Assembly (NCBI GenBank): GCA_041665005.1
Contig: JBAYJR010000003.1
Coordinates: 17,102 to 81,101 of the forward strand
Source: Candidatus Buchananbacteria bacterium
GTDB lineage: Bacteria > Patescibacteriota > Patescibacteriia > 2-01-FULL-39-33 > JBAYJR01
Direction of reading: 5' to 3'
DNA length: 64,000 bases
This document shows, piece after piece, positions 30,305 through 41,093 of the stretch. Each line of letters opens with the position of its first letter. The stretch's first letter is position 1. The notes beneath the pieces were generated by a model, which did not search any database, had not been told where the DNA came from, and saw only the letters and a list, made by a program, of their open reading frames with translations. The position numbers and the translations under genes were made by a program.

Positions 30305-30362
<58 letters not shown>

Positions 30363-30374
30363 TTTAGATAGATA

Positions 30375-30435
30375 GAAAGTGCCCCGCTTTGCGGGGCACT
30401 TTTCTTGTCATTCCGGCCTACGAGCCGGAATCCAG
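30375..30435 (+). terminator. groEL terminator followed by a REP-like palindrome
   Basis: AAAGTGCCCCGC-TTT-GCGGGGCACTTT; GTCATTCCGGC-CTACGA-GCCGGAATCC. Confidence 0.75.
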
Positions 30436-30515
30436 GCCCACTTTTTTTGTTATTTGTTTTAACAAAAATTGGGGTGGCATTTTTCTTAGGTTTTGTGCTA
30501 TAATGCAATCAGTCT

Positions 30516-30959
30516 ATGTCTATTTTTAAGCAAATTGAACCCTTTGATCAGGCTTTTTATCAGGCGCGGTTACGCTTGGTTTTGTGGGTTTGTTTAATTT
30601 TAGAATTAATTTGGCGGTTAGGCCTTAAAATCAGCCTTTACACTTATTATCAACAATATCAAGAAAGAGTCAGTTGGGGGTTCAAAATAATTTTTATCTT
30701 GTGGCTGATTTGGCAAATTTTACGGCGGGCTGAATGGTCCAGCGCCAAAGCGGCTTATCAATTGGCGATAGTTTTGGCCCTAGCGGTTGGTTTGTGGTCA
30801 GCAGTAATTAAAGTTATTTTAGATTTTCAGTTTTGGACGACTTTAAATTTGATTACGGAGCCAGTGCTAGTGGCTTTAGTTACGGCGGGGCTGTTGTTTG
30901 CCACAAATTTTGTTTTATTAAAAATTAACGTTTTAGTTAATAAATTAACTCATAAATAA
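30516..30959 (+). CDS. Hypothetical membrane protein
   Basis: 4 hydrophobic segments. Confidence 0.7.
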   Translation: MSIFKQIEPFDQAFYQARLRLVLWVCLILELIWRLGLKISLYTYYQQYQERVSWGFKIIFILWLIWQILRRAEWSSAKAAYQLAIVLALAVGLWSAVIKVILDFQFWTTLNLITEPVLVALVTAGLLFATNFVLLKINVLVNKLTHK

Positions 30960-30969
30960 AAAACTTGAT

Positions 30970-31299
30970 ATGCAAATTCCCAAGTTTGAAGCCAAAGAAG
31001 TAGAGGATGGCAAAATGGCGGCAGTTTTAGCCTACCTCGGCCCGTTGTTTTTAGTGGCCATGCTAACCAAAAAAGAAAATTCTTTTGCGATGTGGCATGC
31101 CAAGCAGGGTTTAGTGCTATTTATTTTTGAAGTGGTTATTTGGGTGGTTAATATTGTGCCATTCTTAGGACAATTTATTTGGTTGATTGGTTCAATCTTT
31201 ACAATCGTCGTGTTGGTCATGGGTATTTTGAAAGTTTTGGCCGGCGAAGGTTATGAAATTCCTTGGATTGGTCAATATGCCAAAGAAATTAAAATCTAA
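30970..31299 (+). CDS. DUF4870-like membrane protein
   Basis: AVLAYL..FAMWHAKQGLVLF..EIPWIG. Confidence 0.8.
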   Translation: MQIPKFEAKEVEDGKMAAVLAYLGPLFLVAMLTKKENSFAMWHAKQGLVLFIFEVVIWVVNIVPFLGQFIWLIGSIFTIVVLVMGILKVLAGEGYEIPWIGQYAKEIKI

Positions 31300-31494
31300 A
31301 AGATTAATGGCTGTTTAAGTATTACAAATTTTTTAGTTAGATTTTGTCACAATCGGGCCGGCTAGCAATAGCCGGCCTATTGTAAAAAATTATTATTTTT
31401 TGATAAAAAATCTTCTGGTTAGATGATTTTTGAGATAAAAAAAGACAGCTGACCGATTTTTGGTCAAGCTGTCTGAAATTTTTAATGCGGTTAA

Positions 31495-32106
31495 TTACCC
31501 TTCACGGTGTAACTCATAGCCACTTTTTATTACCCAAACCGCTAGGGTAGCAAAAAATGCGGTGAGCATCATGATTGCGCTAAGCAATAAGGTGTTGGCG
31601 AAGCCAAGAAATGGTCCGCCAAATATTGTCATGATGCTGGAAAACAGGCAAATCTCAGCAAAGACCTTTTTTGGTTTTTCGGTCTCCTCCCATGGCTTGC
31701 AGGCCGCGGTCATTATTATTGCTAATAAAACCAGAATATATTCACCAACCTTAATCACTGTAATGAGCGGAGTTGGATAGCCGGCTAATAGCACTACGCA
31801 GAGCACAAAGAGTAAAATCAGACCGAAGATAATTCCTGCACAAACTGCCCCACTTTCTTTTTTCTCGTCTTCATTAAGTACCTTTGGTATAATCCAAAGG
31901 TACTGTCCGAATATTAACATAATGGACAGAGCGAAAAGATATTGGTCACTCCAGCGGTTGATTTGGCAGCTGAAGAACGAATATTGGAAGGGATATAGCA
32001 TGGTCAGTGGTACTTTCCAGCTGATCAAATACATCGTAATCAGATAGATTAATTGCCCCCAAAAACCTGCCAGAAGTACCACCTTTGCTTTTTCTTTGTT
32101 ATTCAC
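31495..32106 (-). CDS. Orphan multi-TM protein
   Basis: GTG start, AGGAGGG SD, TTGACA-17-TACCAT promoter. Confidence 0.65.
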   Translation of the reverse strand: MNNKEKAKVVLLAGFWGQLIYLITMYLISWKVPLTMLYPFQYSFFSCQINRWSDQYLFALSIMLIFGQYLWIIPKVLNEDEKKESGAVCAGIIFGLILLFVLCVVLLAGYPTPLITVIKVGEYILVLLAIIMTAACKPWEETEKPKKVFAEICLFSSIMTIFGGPFLGFANTLLLSAIMMLTAFFATLAVWVIKSGYELHREG

Positions 32107-32295
32107 GTATTTAACCCTCCTTTCAAGGGTAAATCAATTTTTTATAATTTTTTAAGGTCCAGTCTAACGTTTTATGGTAGCACAGTATTTACTTTTTGTC
32201 AAGACCTTAAATAACCATAAGTATAAAGTTTAGTTTAATATTTAAATAAGAAATCGCCTGGACAGGTGGTCTCTTGGTTGTAACAAATTTAGTTT

Positions 32296-33105
32296 ATGTT
32301 AAGAATCGCTTGGCAGGGTAAACATTTTGGCGAGGAACCGCCGTTGGTTGGCAACAAGTCACAGGGAGCTGGGGGCATATTTTTTTCTGGCTGTAATTTA
32401 TATTGTGTGTTTTGTCAAAATTATCAAATTTCTCAAAATAATTTAGGTCAAAATTACTCAGTAGAACAAACCGCGCAAATGATGTTGGCGTTGCAAAAAC
32501 AAGGGGCGGTTAATATTAATTTAGTGACGCCGACTATTTGGCAACAACCGCTTAGGGAAGTAATTATCTTAGCCAAAAAGCAAGGCTTGGTTATTCCAAT
32601 AGTTTGGAATTCTAATGGTTACGAAGAAGTGGCTGGGATTAAATCCTTGGCGGGCTTAGTAGATATTTATTTGCCGGATTTTAAATATGCGGATGATAGT
32701 TTGGCTGATAAATATTCTGGCGTTAAAAACTATGCGGTTAAGGCGAGGCTTGCCATTCAGGAAATGATTAGCCAGGTTGGCGAATTGCAAGTTAAAGATG
32801 GCTTAGCTAAACAGGGAGTAATTGTTCGGCATTTGATTTTGCCAAATAACGTAAAAAATAGCCTGGCGGTTTTAGATTTATTAGCGCCACTTAAAGAGCA
32901 AATATATTTTAGTTTGATGTCGCAATATTATCCGGCTTATCAGGCTAAAAATTTTTCAGAATTAACCAGAACGATTACTCAAGCGGAGTTTGATCAGGTT
33001 TTTGCTAAAATGTTGGCCGTGGGCTTAGATCGTGGCTGGACTCAAAAATTATCTAGCGCGGCAAATTTATTGCCAGACTTTACTTTGACCCAGCCGTTTA
33101 AATAA
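32296..33105 (+). CDS. Radical SAM protein (PflX-like)
   Basis: HFGEEP, FFSGCNLYCVFCQN, DIYLPDFKY, IVRHLILP. Confidence 0.9.
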   Translation: MLRIAWQGKHFGEEPPLVGNKSQGAGGIFFSGCNLYCVFCQNYQISQNNLGQNYSVEQTAQMMLALQKQGAVNINLVTPTIWQQPLREVIILAKKQGLVIPIVWNSNGYEEVAGIKSLAGLVDIYLPDFKYADDSLADKYSGVKNYAVKARLAIQEMISQVGELQVKDGLAKQGVIVRHLILPNNVKNSLAVLDLLAPLKEQIYFSLMSQYYPAYQAKNFSELTRTITQAEFDQVFAKMLAVGLDRGWTQKLSSAANLLPDFTLTQPFK

Positions 33106-33196
33106 TCGTTGAAGGCAAGTTAGCTTTTTTGTTAAAATTACGGTATAATTAATCAGTATAAAGTTTATAAAATATAAAGTATAAGGAATAATATTT

Positions 33197-35572
33197 ATGC
33201 CAAAAAGTAAAAAATTGTTATTGTGGTTTAAAGAAGTGGGAATTAAAGATGTACCGTTAGTGGGTGGTAAAAATGCTTCTTTGGGAGAAATGTATCAACA
33301 TCTCACTAAAAAAGGAGTTAGTATTCCTAATGGTTTTGCAATTACCGCGGAAGCTTATCGCTATTTTATTAAATATAACAAGCTAGATAAAAAAATTAAG
33401 GGTATCTTAAAAGGCTTAAAGTCACATCAGGTTAAAGATTTACAACGTAAGGGTTTGCAGGTTCGGCAGTTACTGTTGGCGGCCGAGTTACCGCCAAATT
33501 TAGCCAGTGAAATTAAAGAAAATTATCATAAATTATGTGGCGCTAAAAATTGCGCGGTGGCGGTACGGTCTAGCGCTACGGCGGAAGATTTACCGGATGC
33601 TTCGTTTGCTGGTCAGCAAGAAACTTATTTAAATGTGGTAGGCGAGGAACAAGTAGTGGAGGCAACTAAAAAATGTATTAGTTCATTATTTACCAATCGA
33701 GCGATTTCTTATCGTCACGACAAGGGCTTCGATGATTTTAAAATTGCTTTATCGGTTGGCGTGCAAATGATGGTGCGGTCGGATTTGGCTTGTTCCGGAG
33801 TAATGTTTTCGGCGGACACCGAAAGTGGTTTTGATGATTTAATTGTGATTAATGCCGCTTGGGGTTTGGGCGAATATGTGGTTAAAGGCGTGGTTAATCC
33901 CGACGAATTTTTTATTTATCAAAAAACTTTAGAGCAGGGTTTTAACCCTTTAATTAAAAAGAAGATTGGCAGCAAAGAAGCTAAATTAGTTTATGCGGCT
34001 GGCGGTGGCACAGTAAAAAAAATAAATTCACCGACCGAACGACAAAATTTTTGCTTAAGTAATCAAGAAGTTTTACAGTTAGCCCGTTGGGCGGTAGTGA
34101 TTGAACAACATTATCGTCGGCCGATGGATATGGAATTTGCCAAAGATGGCCAAACCGGTAAATTGTTTATTGTCCAAGCTCGGCCGGAAACAGTAAATTC
34201 CGTGCAGGATAAAAATATTTTAACAGAATATAGTATTAAACGTCGAGGCAAAATTTTAACCACAGGCATTTCGGTAGGTGCCAAGATCGGCCAAGGCAAA
34301 GTGCGAGTAATCTTGGATGTAAAAAATTTAGCTGATTTTAAAGCGGGTGAAGTATTAGTAACTAAAATTACCGATCCCGATTGGGAACCGGTGATGCGGA
34401 TTGCTTCGGCAATTATTACCGAACAAGGCGGACGTACGGCACACGCGGCGATTGTCTCGCGCGAATTGGGTATTCCGGCGGTGGTGGGCACGGGCAATGC
34501 CACCAAAAAATTAAAGACGGGACAAGCGGTAACGGCCAGTTGCGCCGAAGGAGAAAGTGGTTTTGTTTACGAAGGAATTTTACCATTTACCTTGACTAAA
34601 CATAATTTAAAAAAATTAAAACGTCCCCAAACTAAAGTAATGATGAACATTGGTAACCCTGACACTGCCTTTGCCGATTCGTTTATTCCCAATGATGGTG
34701 TGGGTTTGGCGCGTGAAGAGTTTATTATTAATTCTTACATCAAGATTCACCCCTTGGCTTTGTTACAGTTTAAAAAAGTTAAAGATCCGGCGGTGCGAAA
34801 ACAAATTGAAATTTTGACGGCCGGTTATACCAATAAAGCACAATTTTTTGTGGACAAATTAGCCGAAGGCATTGCTCAAATCGCCGCCGCTTTTTATCCT
34901 AAGGATGTAATTGTGCGTTTGTCTGATTTTAAATCTAATGAATATGCCAATTTGATTGGCGGTAAATATTTTGAACCCAAAGAAGAAAATCCGATGATTG
35001 GTTGGCGCGGCGCTTCGCGTTATTACAGCCCGCAATACGAACCAGCTTTTGCCCTAGAGTGCAAGGCCTTTAAAAAAGTGCGGGAAGAATTTGGTTTAAC
35101 TAATGTTAAAGTAATGGTGCCATTTTGTCGCACAGTAGCCGAGGGTAAAAAGGTGGTGGCTACCATGAAAAAATATGGTCTACAAAAAGGGCAAAAAGGT
35201 TTAGAAATTTATGTGATGGTAGAAATTCCTTCTAATGTTATTTTGGCGCAGGAATTTGCTAAAATTTTTGATGGTTTTTCCATCGGTTCTAATGACTTAA
35301 CGCAATTAACTTTAGGCGTGGATCGCGATTCCGCTTTGGTGGCGCATATTTATGACGAACGCAACGCGGCAGTTAAAGCGCTATTAACTTTTGTAATTGG
35401 TTCGGCTAAAGAAACCAAGACCAAAATTGGTATTTGTGGTCAAGCGCCTTCGGATTTTCCAGATTTTGCGCAGTTCTTGGTTAGACAAAAAATTGATTCT
35501 ATTTCTTTAAACCCCGATACAGTAATAAAAACTACCCTAAAGATTTTGCAGGAAGAAAGGAAAAGACGCTAA
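33197..35572 (+). CDS. ppsA: Phosphoenolpyruvate synthase
   Basis: VGGKNASLGEM, VRSSATAEDLP, GGRTAHAAI, FSIGSNDLTQ. Confidence 0.97.
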   Translation: MPKSKKLLLWFKEVGIKDVPLVGGKNASLGEMYQHLTKKGVSIPNGFAITAEAYRYFIKYNKLDKKIKGILKGLKSHQVKDLQRKGLQVRQLLLAAELPPNLASEIKENYHKLCGAKNCAVAVRSSATAEDLPDASFAGQQETYLNVVGEEQVVEATKKCISSLFTNRAISYRHDKGFDDFKIALSVGVQMMVRSDLACSGVMFSADTESGFDDLIVINAAWGLGEYVVKGVVNPDEFFIYQKTLEQGFNPLIKKKIGSKEAKLVYAAGGGTVKKINSPTERQNFCLSNQEVLQLARWAVVIEQHYRRPMDMEFAKDGQTGKLFIVQARPETVNSVQDKNILTEYSIKRRGKILTTGISVGAKIGQGKVRVILDVKNLADFKAGEVLVTKITDPDWEPVMRIASAIITEQGGRTAHAAIVSRELGIPAVVGTGNATKKLKTGQAVTASCAEGESGFVYEGILPFTLTKHNLKKLKRPQTKVMMNIGNPDTAFADSFIPNDGVGLAREEFIINSYIKIHPLALLQFKKVKDPAVRKQIEILTAGYTNKAQFFVDKLAEGIAQIAAAFYPKDVIVRLSDFKSNEYANLIGGKYFEPKEENPMIGWRGASRYYSPQYEPAFALECKAFKKVREEFGLTNVKVMVPFCRTVAEGKKVVATMKKYGLQKGQKGLEIYVMVEIPSNVILAQEFAKIFDGFSIGSNDLTQLTLGVDRDSALVAHIYDERNAAVKALLTFVIGSAKETKTKIGICGQAPSDFPDFAQFLVRQKIDSISLNPDTVIKTTLKILQEERKRR

Positions 35573-35669
35573 GCTAGCTTGACAAGGTTTTAGATTTTTT
35601 GTAATATCAATTTTACATTTAGAGGATTGAAAGTTAGTTAAATTTCCAAAGAGGAAGGGGGGATAAATT

Positions 35670-35861
35670 TTGTGCAAAGTACAGATTAAGTGGAATCAAG
35701 ATGGCGAAACAAAGAAATTACTTTGTGATCGCAATTCTCCAGAGTATCAAGCTAAGATTGGAGAATTAAAAGACGCCAGAATTCGTTACAGAATTTCTAA
35801 CGTCGGTGGGAGACCCGGACCGGTTGGTAACTTTATCAACCGTCAATCGGCCCACATTTAG
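35670..35861 (+). CDS. Orphan small protein
   Basis: TTG start, purine-rich SD, own promoter TTGACA-17-TAATAT and terminator. Confidence 0.5.
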   Translation: MCKVQIKWNQDGETKKLLCDRNSPEYQAKIGELKDARIRYRISNVGGRPGPVGNFINRQSAHI

Positions 35862-35929
35862 TATTTTTTCTAACCCAGCCCGCAGATCGGTCACGACTGC
35901 GGGTTTATTTTTTGCTATAATATAAGCAT

Positions 35930-36733
35930 ATGATTAGTTGGTTACATCATTATTCACCCGAGCGGATAATTTTTAGCCTAGGGCCGATCAATTTTTATTG
36001 GTATGGTTTAATTTTGGTACTAGCGATTTTAGCGGGTTTAGCAGTGGTTATTAAGTTTGGTAAAAAAATAAATTTAAAACTTGAGCAGATTTTGGATTTA
36101 GCTTTTTATTTAGTGCTTGGTGGTTTGGTTGGCGCCAGAATTTGGGAAGTGCTATTGGTTAACCCTGGTTATTATTTAAATCAACCGCTGGAAATTTTTA
36201 AAATTTGGCAAGGTGGCTTGGCGATTCACGGAGCCTTGGTAGCCGGTTTAATTACGGTGGTGGTTTATTGCAAAAAACAGCAGTTAAATTTTTGGTTGAC
36301 GGCGGATGTTTTGGTTTTAGGTGTAACCTTGGGTCAGGCGATTGGGCGGTGGGGTAATTATTTTAATCAAGAATTATTTGGTTATCCGACCAACCTACCT
36401 TGGGGTATTTTTATTGCGCCGGCTAATCGGCCGGAATTATTTTTGGATTTTAAATATTTTCAGCCAACTTTTTTGTATGAATCGTTGGGCAGTTTAATTA
36501 TTTTGGGTCTGTTGATTTGGCAGTTTAAAAAAATTCAGCGACCTGGTTTAATTTTGGCTGAGTATTTAATGCTCTATTCGGCCTTAAGATTTAGTTTGGA
36601 ATTTATTAGGTTAGATCCGGAAATGGTTTGGTGGGGATTACGTTTACCGCAATGGATTAGTTTGCTGGTAATAATGGCGGTTAGCAGTTGGTTGCTTGGA
36701 GTTAAAAGAAGTGGTATAATTAAAGCAGAATAA
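35930..36733 (+). CDS. lgt: Prolipoprotein diacylglyceryl transferase
   Basis: YWYG, IWQGGLAIHG, QAIGRWGNYFNQE, PTFLYE. Confidence 0.96.
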   Translation: MISWLHHYSPERIIFSLGPINFYWYGLILVLAILAGLAVVIKFGKKINLKLEQILDLAFYLVLGGLVGARIWEVLLVNPGYYLNQPLEIFKIWQGGLAIHGALVAGLITVVVYCKKQQLNFWLTADVLVLGVTLGQAIGRWGNYFNQELFGYPTNLPWGIFIAPANRPELFLDFKYFQPTFLYESLGSLIILGLLIWQFKKIQRPGLILAEYLMLYSALRFSLEFIRLDPEMVWWGLRLPQWISLLVIMAVSSWLLGVKRSGIIKAE

Positions 36734-36739
36734 AAAACT

Positions 36740-37105
36740 ATGAAATTGACCAAAAAATTATTACCTTATTTGTTTTTAGCTTTATTAATTTTGCCAGTAA
36801 CAGTTTTGGCGGCCGAGCAACTGCAAAATCCTTTAACGGGAAATACTAGTCCGATTACCATTGAAGGTTTGGCGACTAATATTATTAATGGGATTTTGGG
36901 CTTTGTGGGAGTGTTGGCTTTTGGGATGTTTTTGTACGGTGGTTTTATTTGGTTAACTTCGGCGGGTAATGCCGACAAGGTTAAACTGGGAATGAATGCG
37001 ATGGTTTGGGCAGTTTTAGGAATTGCAGCGATCTTTTTAGCTTATGCTATTTTGAGCACGGTGTTGGGATTTTTTCAAACTGGCGCCGCCGGAGGCGTTC
37101 AATAA
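36740..37105 (+). CDS. TrbC/VirB2-like pilin
   Basis: Signal peptide, LQNPL, YGGFIWLTSAGNADKV, AVLGI. Confidence 0.8.
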   Translation: MKLTKKLLPYLFLALLILPVTVLAAEQLQNPLTGNTSPITIEGLATNIINGILGFVGVLAFGMFLYGGFIWLTSAGNADKVKLGMNAMVWAVLGIAAIFLAYAILSTVLGFFQTGAAGGVQ

Positions 37106-37294
37106 TATTAAACAAAATATCAGACAGAAAAACAGCCTTAAAGCTGTTTTTTGGTGTTTTGATTTGTTCTTGACAAAATCATTTAGATGTGCTATATTAT
37201 AATGTTCTTTACAATTGAACGATAATAATGTTATTAGGCGTAAATTCTGGAAGATTTATGCTTAAAACAATCTACGAAAGGTAGGAATAACACG

Positions 37295-38113
37295 ATGTCA
37301 AAAAGCAAGAAACAAAATAATCAAACACCAGCGCCTGCACCCGCAGCGCCACCAGCTGATCCTGTCAAAAAAGACACTATCATCAGCAATTTAGTTGATA
37401 CTTTTGGCCAAGGAATGATACCAGAAGTGGTCCATTTTCTTGATGATCTCTTGAACAGAGTTGGTTTCCGGGACTTCGTCAAGAAAATGTATGCCAAAAA
37501 TGCTTTTGGCACTAAGGTTGCTCTTGGCGCACTTTCGGTGGGTTTGCAGAAAATCCAGCCGAAAGGAAAGCTCGGCGACTTTGTTCATGATATTTTTGAG
37601 GGATTATTGCAGAGCACGCGCAATGATGCCGAAGGAAAAATCGGAACAGCCGGTCAGAATCCGGTCCAACCAGTAAAAGGTAATGGTTGGAAGAATCTGA
37701 GCGAGACCGAAAAACAGAAGACCCTGATGGAAATGTTGGCAGACCCCAAGTTAAACAAGGAGGCTAGAAATAGCTTTCTTGAAATGCTTAAGGGTCAAGA
37801 TTTTTCTCCGGAAGAGAAACAGGTTTTGGTCGGACTTTTATTCTTATTAAAAGATCCCGCTAAGATCGGTATTTTTCTTAAGGCCAACGATAATACTCAG
37901 ACCAAAGAGTTGCTGACTGTAATTGGTCAGATAATTCCTGAGGAAAAGGAAGTCATTGTGGCCGCTGGTCCAGACGTTATGGATCAGTTGAAAAAAGTCT
38001 GGGAAAAGACTAATCAGAAAGCTGATAATTTTTCCAAAACTGTTGATGGCTGGACGGCCAGCATCAATAAATATCGCCAAGACAAGTTTGGGAAGAAAGG
38101 AAATCGGCAATGA
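37295..38113 (+). CDS. Orphan hypothetical protein
   Basis: 272-aa ORF with own promoter TTGACA-17-TATATT. Confidence 0.7.
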   Translation: MSKSKKQNNQTPAPAPAAPPADPVKKDTIISNLVDTFGQGMIPEVVHFLDDLLNRVGFRDFVKKMYAKNAFGTKVALGALSVGLQKIQPKGKLGDFVHDIFEGLLQSTRNDAEGKIGTAGQNPVQPVKGNGWKNLSETEKQKTLMEMLADPKLNKEARNSFLEMLKGQDFSPEEKQVLVGLLFLLKDPAKIGIFLKANDNTQTKELLTVIGQIIPEEKEVIVAAGPDVMDQLKKVWEKTNQKADNFSKTVDGWTASINKYRQDKFGKKGNRQ

Positions 38114-39147
38114 AAAATTTACTGAAGTCAATCGGAAATTTTATTGTCGCCATCATACAGTTGTTACTTGATGGCACGCAACACATCACGGAACAGGTGG
38201 TGGCAAAAGTAAAACCATTTGCTACTGCTTATATCTGTATCTTGGCTTTCTTAGCCTTTGTCTCCGCGGTGTTACCCTTGGTAATCTTTGGGGTGGCCTT
38301 GGGATTAAAACTGCATTGGTTAATTGCCATTGCTGGTATCGTCCTGGCTATCCTACATCTAGCGGCTGGATATTTGGCAACGCCGTTAGTAGTTATTCTT
38401 GGGGCTTCTCTAGTGGCTTTAAAGTCACCAATTAAAGTGGTAATGGGCACAATTAGAGGAGACCAAGATGGAATTATCTGCCAGATGGAAAAGATAGCTA
38501 AGTGGTGGGTAAATAGCTTCATGATGGTTGTCTTTTGGGAAATGTGTGTAGTATTGTATACATTTATTTTTCCAGTCTGGCAAAATGCCGCCAGTTTTAT
38601 TGGATTAATTTTTGTCGCCTTATTGTCGGCGATTATGGTGCAGGCATTTTCTATCAAGTCAACGCTTGTACCAAAATTAGTCCGGTGGTTGGTTGTTCCG
38701 GCAACATTTTTATTTTTGACGTTGTCGTTTATTTTACCGCAAACAACAACCGCCTTAGGGGACAAGATTCCTACTTTGGATAAAAATTGGTCTGAGGTAG
38801 TTAAAAATGGTCCCAAAGTTCAAGATGCCATACCTCAACCAGTGGCACCACAGGTATTGCCGCCGGTAGTTAATCAGTCTACTACGGTTGAAGATCAGGA
38901 AAAGCATCTGACCAAAGGTGAAGTCTGGGAATTTCGGATTGATCCTTTGGCCAGGCACTACGAAATTCGGCCGGAGATGGATGTGGAGTTATCATATAAC
39001 CCTGCGTCATTTCCCCCCGGAACCAAAGTGGACTATCTAATTGGTCCCAGTCGTCCGTATGTTACAACACCCAAAGCGGTGCAAAATATAATGGGAAAAA
39101 TTACAGCCCAGGCTGACGGGAAAGTAATTATCTTCCAGTCCCGCTAG
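38110..39147 (+). CDS. Orphan membrane protein
   Basis: ATGA coupling to the previous ORF; multiple TM; terminator at ~39160-39215. Confidence 0.7.
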   Translation: MKNLLKSIGNFIVAIIQLLLDGTQHITEQVVAKVKPFATAYICILAFLAFVSAVLPLVIFGVALGLKLHWLIAIAGIVLAILHLAAGYLATPLVVILGASLVALKSPIKVVMGTIRGDQDGIICQMEKIAKWWVNSFMMVVFWEMCVVLYTFIFPVWQNAASFIGLIFVALLSAIMVQAFSIKSTLVPKLVRWLVVPATFLFLTLSFILPQTTTALGDKIPTLDKNWSEVVKNGPKVQDAIPQPVAPQVLPPVVNQSTTVEDQEKHLTKGEVWEFRIDPLARHYEIRPEMDVELSYNPASFPPGTKVDYLIGPSRPYVTTPKAVQNIMGKITAQADGKVIIFQSR

Positions 39148-39302
39148 CCTTAGCCTATCCGGCGGAAGTTTGCGTTGCACACCAAGTTGCAACCGACTTC
39201 CGCCTTATTTTTTTGGTTAATTTTCACTCTTGCCAAATTAAGATTTTTCTGTTATAATCAGTTTGTTATTTTCAAAGTAAGTTAGTAGATCAAGTGTTAA
39301 AT

Positions 39303-39380
39303 GGATCGGTGGTGTAGCCCGGTTAACACGCCTCCCTGTCACGGAGGAGATCGCGGGTTCGAATCCCGTCCGGTCCGCCA
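39303..39380 (+). tRNA. tRNA-Asp(GTC)
   Basis: GGATCGG...CCTCC CTGTCAC GGAGG...GGTTCGAATCC...CCGGTCC-G-CCA. Confidence 0.96.
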
Positions 39381-39554
39381 GTGTTACGATATGGTTTTAG
39401 CAAAATTTTTGATTTAAATAAAACAGTAATTTTGGTGATAAAAAAATCGGCCTTCCGTCAGGGGGCCGATTTTTGGTATTTATCAAAGCGGTAGATTTCT
39501 GTTAAAATACAGACGTTAGTTAGATTTTTATATTTTTTCTAGTCTAAGTAAGTT

Positions 39555-40589
39555 ATGAACTATCACTTTTATGCTACTTCCGAAAAGGCTTGGGATGCCA
39601 TGCTTAGTAGTATTAAGCAGGCTGAAAAATCCATCTATATAGAGATGTTTATTTTTTTGGATGACACTTACGAAAGCCATGATTTTTTTAGTTTACTCAA
39701 AGCCAAAGCTTTGCAGGGCCTAGAAGTTAAGGTGATTGTTGACGCCTACGGCAGTAAGGGTTTAACTGCGCGATCGGTAGCGGAACTGCGGGCTACTGGA
39801 GTGGAAGTTTTATTTTTTTCGCAATGGTTTCGGCGGATTCATAAAAAAGTAGTGATTGTTGATGGTAAGTTTGGTTTTATTGGTGGGGTTAATATTGGTA
39901 AGTATATGCGGTTGTGGGATGATTTACAGTTAAAAGTTTCGGGTGCGGTGGTGAGAAGTTTATTAGCCAGTTTTGCGCGAGCTTATAAAATCTGTGGCGG
40001 TCGGGATTTAACAGTAGCTCGTTATTTAAAAAATAAAAAATTTAAACGAGCTAAGTTTTGGTTGGTAGAAAATTGGTCGGAGTCGGGAATTTTTACGCTA
40101 AAAGATTTTTATGAAGAAAAAATCAACCAAGCTCAGCAAAGTATTATTATTGTGACGCCTTATTTTTTGCCCAAACGTTGGTTAATGGCCATGTTAGATA
40201 CCGCGGTTAAGCGGGGGGTTAAAGTGTTAGTGTTGATTCCACAACGATCAGATTTAATTATTATCAATCGCATTAATTTTTGGTTTTGTTCAAAACTGTT
40301 AGCTAATGGGGTAAAATTTTATTTAGGCCAGACCATGAATCACGCCAAAGTTTTTTTGATTGATAATAACCAAGCTTTAGTCGGTTCACAAAATATTGAT
40401 TTTTTGTCGTTTGATTATAATATTGAAACGGGGGTATTTTTTACCGATCAAAAAATTATTGCCGATTTAAGTAAAATTGTTGAAGGTTGGCTGGCGGTCG
40501 CGGTAGAATTTAACCCTCAAAAGTATCAACCCCGCTGGTATGATAAGTTAATTGGCCTAGCCTTGCGTTTGTTGAGTCCTTGGCTATAA
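39555..40589 (+). CDS. cls: Cardiolipin synthase-type phospholipase D
   Basis: Two HKD motifs (HKKVVIVD, HAKVFLID). Confidence 0.88.
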   Translation: MNYHFYATSEKAWDAMLSSIKQAEKSIYIEMFIFLDDTYESHDFFSLLKAKALQGLEVKVIVDAYGSKGLTARSVAELRATGVEVLFFSQWFRRIHKKVVIVDGKFGFIGGVNIGKYMRLWDDLQLKVSGAVVRSLLASFARAYKICGGRDLTVARYLKNKKFKRAKFWLVENWSESGIFTLKDFYEEKINQAQQSIIIVTPYFLPKRWLMAMLDTAVKRGVKVLVLIPQRSDLIIINRINFWFCSKLLANGVKFYLGQTMNHAKVFLIDNNQALVGSQNIDFLSFDYNIETGVFFTDQKIIADLSKIVEGWLAVAVEFNPQKYQPRWYDKLIGLALRLLSPWL

Positions 40590-40739
40590 AACTTGACGAT
40601 ATAGCCGGGATTGACAGGTTACTTGACTTATTTATTTTTATGTGGTATACTATTTAAGCAAAAATATTGTGTCTCAAAAAAGTGGTCGATTTTTAAACTC
40701 TTTATTAAATTGCGATTTTATAAACTAAGTCTTAAACTT

Positions 40740-40940
40740 ATGACAGGTACTATAAAAACTCTATTGACCGAAAAAGGTTTTGGTTTTATCAAAGCCGAAG
40801 GTCAAGAAAAGGATTTATTCTTTCACAGCAATTCCTTGGTTGGTGTCCAATTCAGCGAATTACGTGAAGGTGATGCCGTTTCTTTTGAAACCGAAATGTC
40901 TCCAAAAGGAATGAATGCAGTCAATGTTCAACGCGCTTAA
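40740..40940 (+). CDS. Cold-shock protein
   Basis: KGFGFI, DLFFH; true start ATG 40740. Confidence 0.95.
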   Translation: MTGTIKTLLTEKGFGFIKAEGQEKDLFFHSNSLVGVQFSELREGDAVSFETEMSPKGMNAVNVQRA

Positions 40941-41093
40941 TAGTTCGTTAGCAAGTAAGGTCCCGCCCAATTTTGTTGAGGCGGGATTTTGCTTGGAATA
41001 GTTTTGGAGTTTTTGGCTCAAGCTATTGCTTTTTGTTGTTTAAACGACTATACTCTAACTATAATTAACTATAATAATTAGTCTAAATAAATT

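Noticed and set aside
40611-40739. N-terminal extensions in the ORF track (csp here; also rpsO, smpB, topA)
   Set aside because: They overlap promoter or leader sequence; homology begins at the downstream ATG
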